Positions 33,244 to 34,632 of a stretch of 34,632 bases of DNA are shown here, piece by piece (positions within the stretch are counted from its first letter, which is position 1; every line of letters starts with the position of its first letter). Where the stretch lies: assembly GCA_036446335.1 (NCBI GenBank), contig JAZFSU010000280.1:1-34632 (forward strand), written 5' to 3'. The position numbers and the translations under genes are program-made. A model generated the notes under the pieces. The model saw only the letters and a program-made list of their open reading frames with translations, was not told where the DNA came from and made no database searches. Origin of the DNA: Dehalococcoidia bacterium. Lineage in GTDB: Bacteria > Chloroflexota > Dehalococcoidia > SZUA-161.

Positions 33244-34008
33244 ATGAAATATACGTTCGGTACGAGCGAGGCGGCTGCAGGGAGGCTCGAGGAAATCGCC
33301 AGGTTCTTCAATCCGCATTCGTCCCTGTTCATCCGCCAGCACGTCAAGAGGCCGGTTGGCTCCGTCATTGACCTGGGTTGCGGGCCCGGCTTCTCCACCG
33401 ACATGCTCTCGGCCGCAATGGACTGCCCGAACGTCCATGGTCTCGATAGCTCCGCCGAGTTCATCGAGATGGCGGCCAACAGGTTCAGCTGCTGCACATT
33501 TGTCGAACATGATGTCACCCGCAGCCCGTTTCCGGTGCAGGCGGAGGTCATCTATTGCCGATTCCTCCTCTCACATCTCACGGATGCCGTGCAGCTCATG
33601 AATCGTTGGACAGCCAATCTGCCTATCGGTGGAAGACTGGGCGTGGAAGAGCTCGAGGATATAGATACCGACGTTCGGGTCTTCAGAAAATACCTGGCTA
33701 TCAATGACGCTCTGATAGCATCACAGAGCGCATCGCTGTACGTCGGCGGCATCCTGGGTTCGGGCGTCTACAGTGCCAACGTTCTCTACAACGAGTGCGT
33801 ATCCATCCAGGTGGCCAATTGTCAGGCGGCCACCTGGTTTCTGCCCAATACGGTCACGGTATGGGAGAAAGAGCCACACGTTCTCGAAAACACCACCCGA
33901 GCGGAGAGAGAAAGGGTGTCGGCCGAGCTCCTGCGGATCAAGGAGTCCGGCGATTCCCGCATGGGAAACGTGTGGAAGATGAGAAGGCTCGTCCTTGAGC
34001 GGCGATGA
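33244..34008 (+). CDS. Class I SAM-dependent methyltransferase
   Basis: This is the 3' part of the composite ORF 32236..34008. ATG 33244 gives MKYTFGTSEAAAGRLEE... An alternative ATG 33166 overlaps the FAH TGA by 1 nt. VIDLGCGPGFST (motif I), HGLDSSAEFIEMA, IYCRFLLSHL. Confidence 0.72.
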   Translation: MKYTFGTSEAAAGRLEEIARFFNPHSSLFIRQHVKRPVGSVIDLGCGPGFSTDMLSAAMDCPNVHGLDSSAEFIEMAANRFSCCTFVEHDVTRSPFPVQAEVIYCRFLLSHLTDAVQLMNRWTANLPIGGRLGVEELEDIDTDVRVFRKYLAINDALIASQSASLYVGGILGSGVYSANVLYNECVSIQVANCQAATWFLPNTVTVWEKEPHVLENTTRAERERVSAELLRIKESGDSRMGNVWKMRRLVLERR

Positions 34009-34042
34009 CCAGGCTGACCATGCTATTGGGGCGTCGAGGCGG

Positions 34043-34138
34043 ATCACGTGACCCGTCGCCCGGCCGACTGACTGCGACCCGTTGCGAGCAGAAGGCCGAA
34101 CCAAAGCTGCCGGGCATGCAGTCCCCCATCACGTGACC
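34043..34138. repeat. Two copies of ATCACGTGACC (palindromic core TCACGTGA) 85 nt apart
   Basis: Exact 11-mers at 34043-34053 and 34128-34138, in the 195-nt spacer upstream of the YjbQ-family gene. Confidence 0.55.
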
Positions 34139-34203
34139 GCACCGGCGAGTCCTCCCCGGGGAAAGAATACCTGGCAGAAGAGACAACTCTGGAGGTGACA
34201 AGA

Positions 34204-34623
34204 ATGAAAAGCTATCGAAAAGAGCTCTGGTTCAACGTCCCGGGACGCAGGGCCTTTGTCAACATCACTCCCCAGGTCGATGAATGCCTCCGCGACAGCG
34301 GCATCAGGGAGGGGCTGGCGCTCGTCAACGCCATGCACATAACCGCGTCGGTCTTCGTCAATGACGACGAACGCGGCCTCCACCAGGACTACGATGAGTG
34401 GCTGGAGGAGCTTGCCCCTCACGAGCCGGTCAGCCACTATCGCCACAACCGCACGGGCGAGGACAACGGCGACGCCCACTTGAAGAGGCAGATCATGGGT
34501 CGCGAGGTCATTGTGGCGGTGACCGGCGGGCAGCTGGATTTCGGTCCGTGGGAGCAGATTTTCTATGGAGAGTTTGACGGCGGCCGCAAAAAGCGCGTCC
34601 TGGTTAAGATCATCGGGGAATAG
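34204..34623 (+). CDS. yjbQ: YjbQ/UPF0047 family protein (secondary thiamine-phosphate synthase enzyme)
   Basis: ORF 34195..34623; ATG 34204 follows GGAGGTG by 6 nt. [64 protein letters not shown]: a very typical UPF0047 pattern. Confidence 0.85.
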   Translation: MKSYRKELWFNVPGRRAFVNITPQVDECLRDSGIREGLALVNAMHITASVFVNDDERGLHQDYDEWLEELAPHEPVSHYRHNRTGEDNGDAHLKRQIMGREVIVAVTGGQLDFGPWEQIFYGEFDGGRKKRVLVKIIGE

Positions 34624-34632
34624 CGATCGAAC

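Noticed and set aside
32236-34008. 590-aa ORF, the longest unannotated-looking ORF in this part of the window.
   Set aside because: It is a composite. The first ~335 codons are an Arg/Pro/Gly-rich out-of-frame read across the FAH gene (32375-33166), whose own frame carries clear family motifs. Only the part from ATG 33244 (or 33166) onward looks like a real protein, the SAM methyltransferase.
34009-34203. I looked for a TPP riboswitch upstream of the thiamine-related yjbQ gene.
   Set aside because: The conserved CUGAGA and ACCUGAUCUGGAUAAUGCCAGCG-type elements are not present. Only the repeated ATCACGTGACC boxes stand out, and these are reported separately.

Overview
This is a 34.6-kb, almost fully coding prokaryotic window. 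Shine-Dalgarno-led genes, ATGA/GTGA/TGATG start-stop overlaps and sigma70-like -35/-10 boxes point to a bacterium, possibly Chloroflexota-like, but the domain cannot be proven from the sequence alone. Left to right: (1) a decayed tyrosine-recombinase remnant. (2) bioF-bioA-bioD-bioB. (3) An oppositely oriented two-gene module that looks more GC-rich; it encodes a 673-aa secreted protein (two domains I cannot place, a CarboxypepD_reg-like domain, a cohesin, a C-terminal dockerin) and a 160-aa membrane-anchored cohesin. (4) A nine-gene futalosine-route menaquinone operon (UbiD-like, UbiA-like, UbiX, mqnE, mqnA, mqnC, ubiE/menG, mqnD, mqnB-type nucleosidase). (5) Three small minus-strand genes (TM + Zn-ribbon, HTH, Yip1). 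(6) malQ-treZ-GH57-treY with a convergent alpha-glucan phosphorylase. (7) An orphan archaellin-like gene with a class III signal peptide. (8) A coiled-coil protein, a FAH-family hydrolase, a SAM methyltransferase and a YjbQ/UPF0047 gene. I recognised no rRNA, tRNA, CRISPR array or intact mobile element. Worth a second look: the non-cellulosomal cohesin/dockerin pair with its unassigned domains; the lone archaellin-like gene and the motif-rich 690-bp region upstream of it; the GH57(+C-terminal extension) gene sitting where a TreX debranching enzyme is normally found; and a twice-repeated palindromic 11-mer upstream of yjbQ. I see no clear-cut novel multi-gene system, and most of the window is ordinary metabolism. 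All calls rest on motif recognition by eye; no searches or computations were run.
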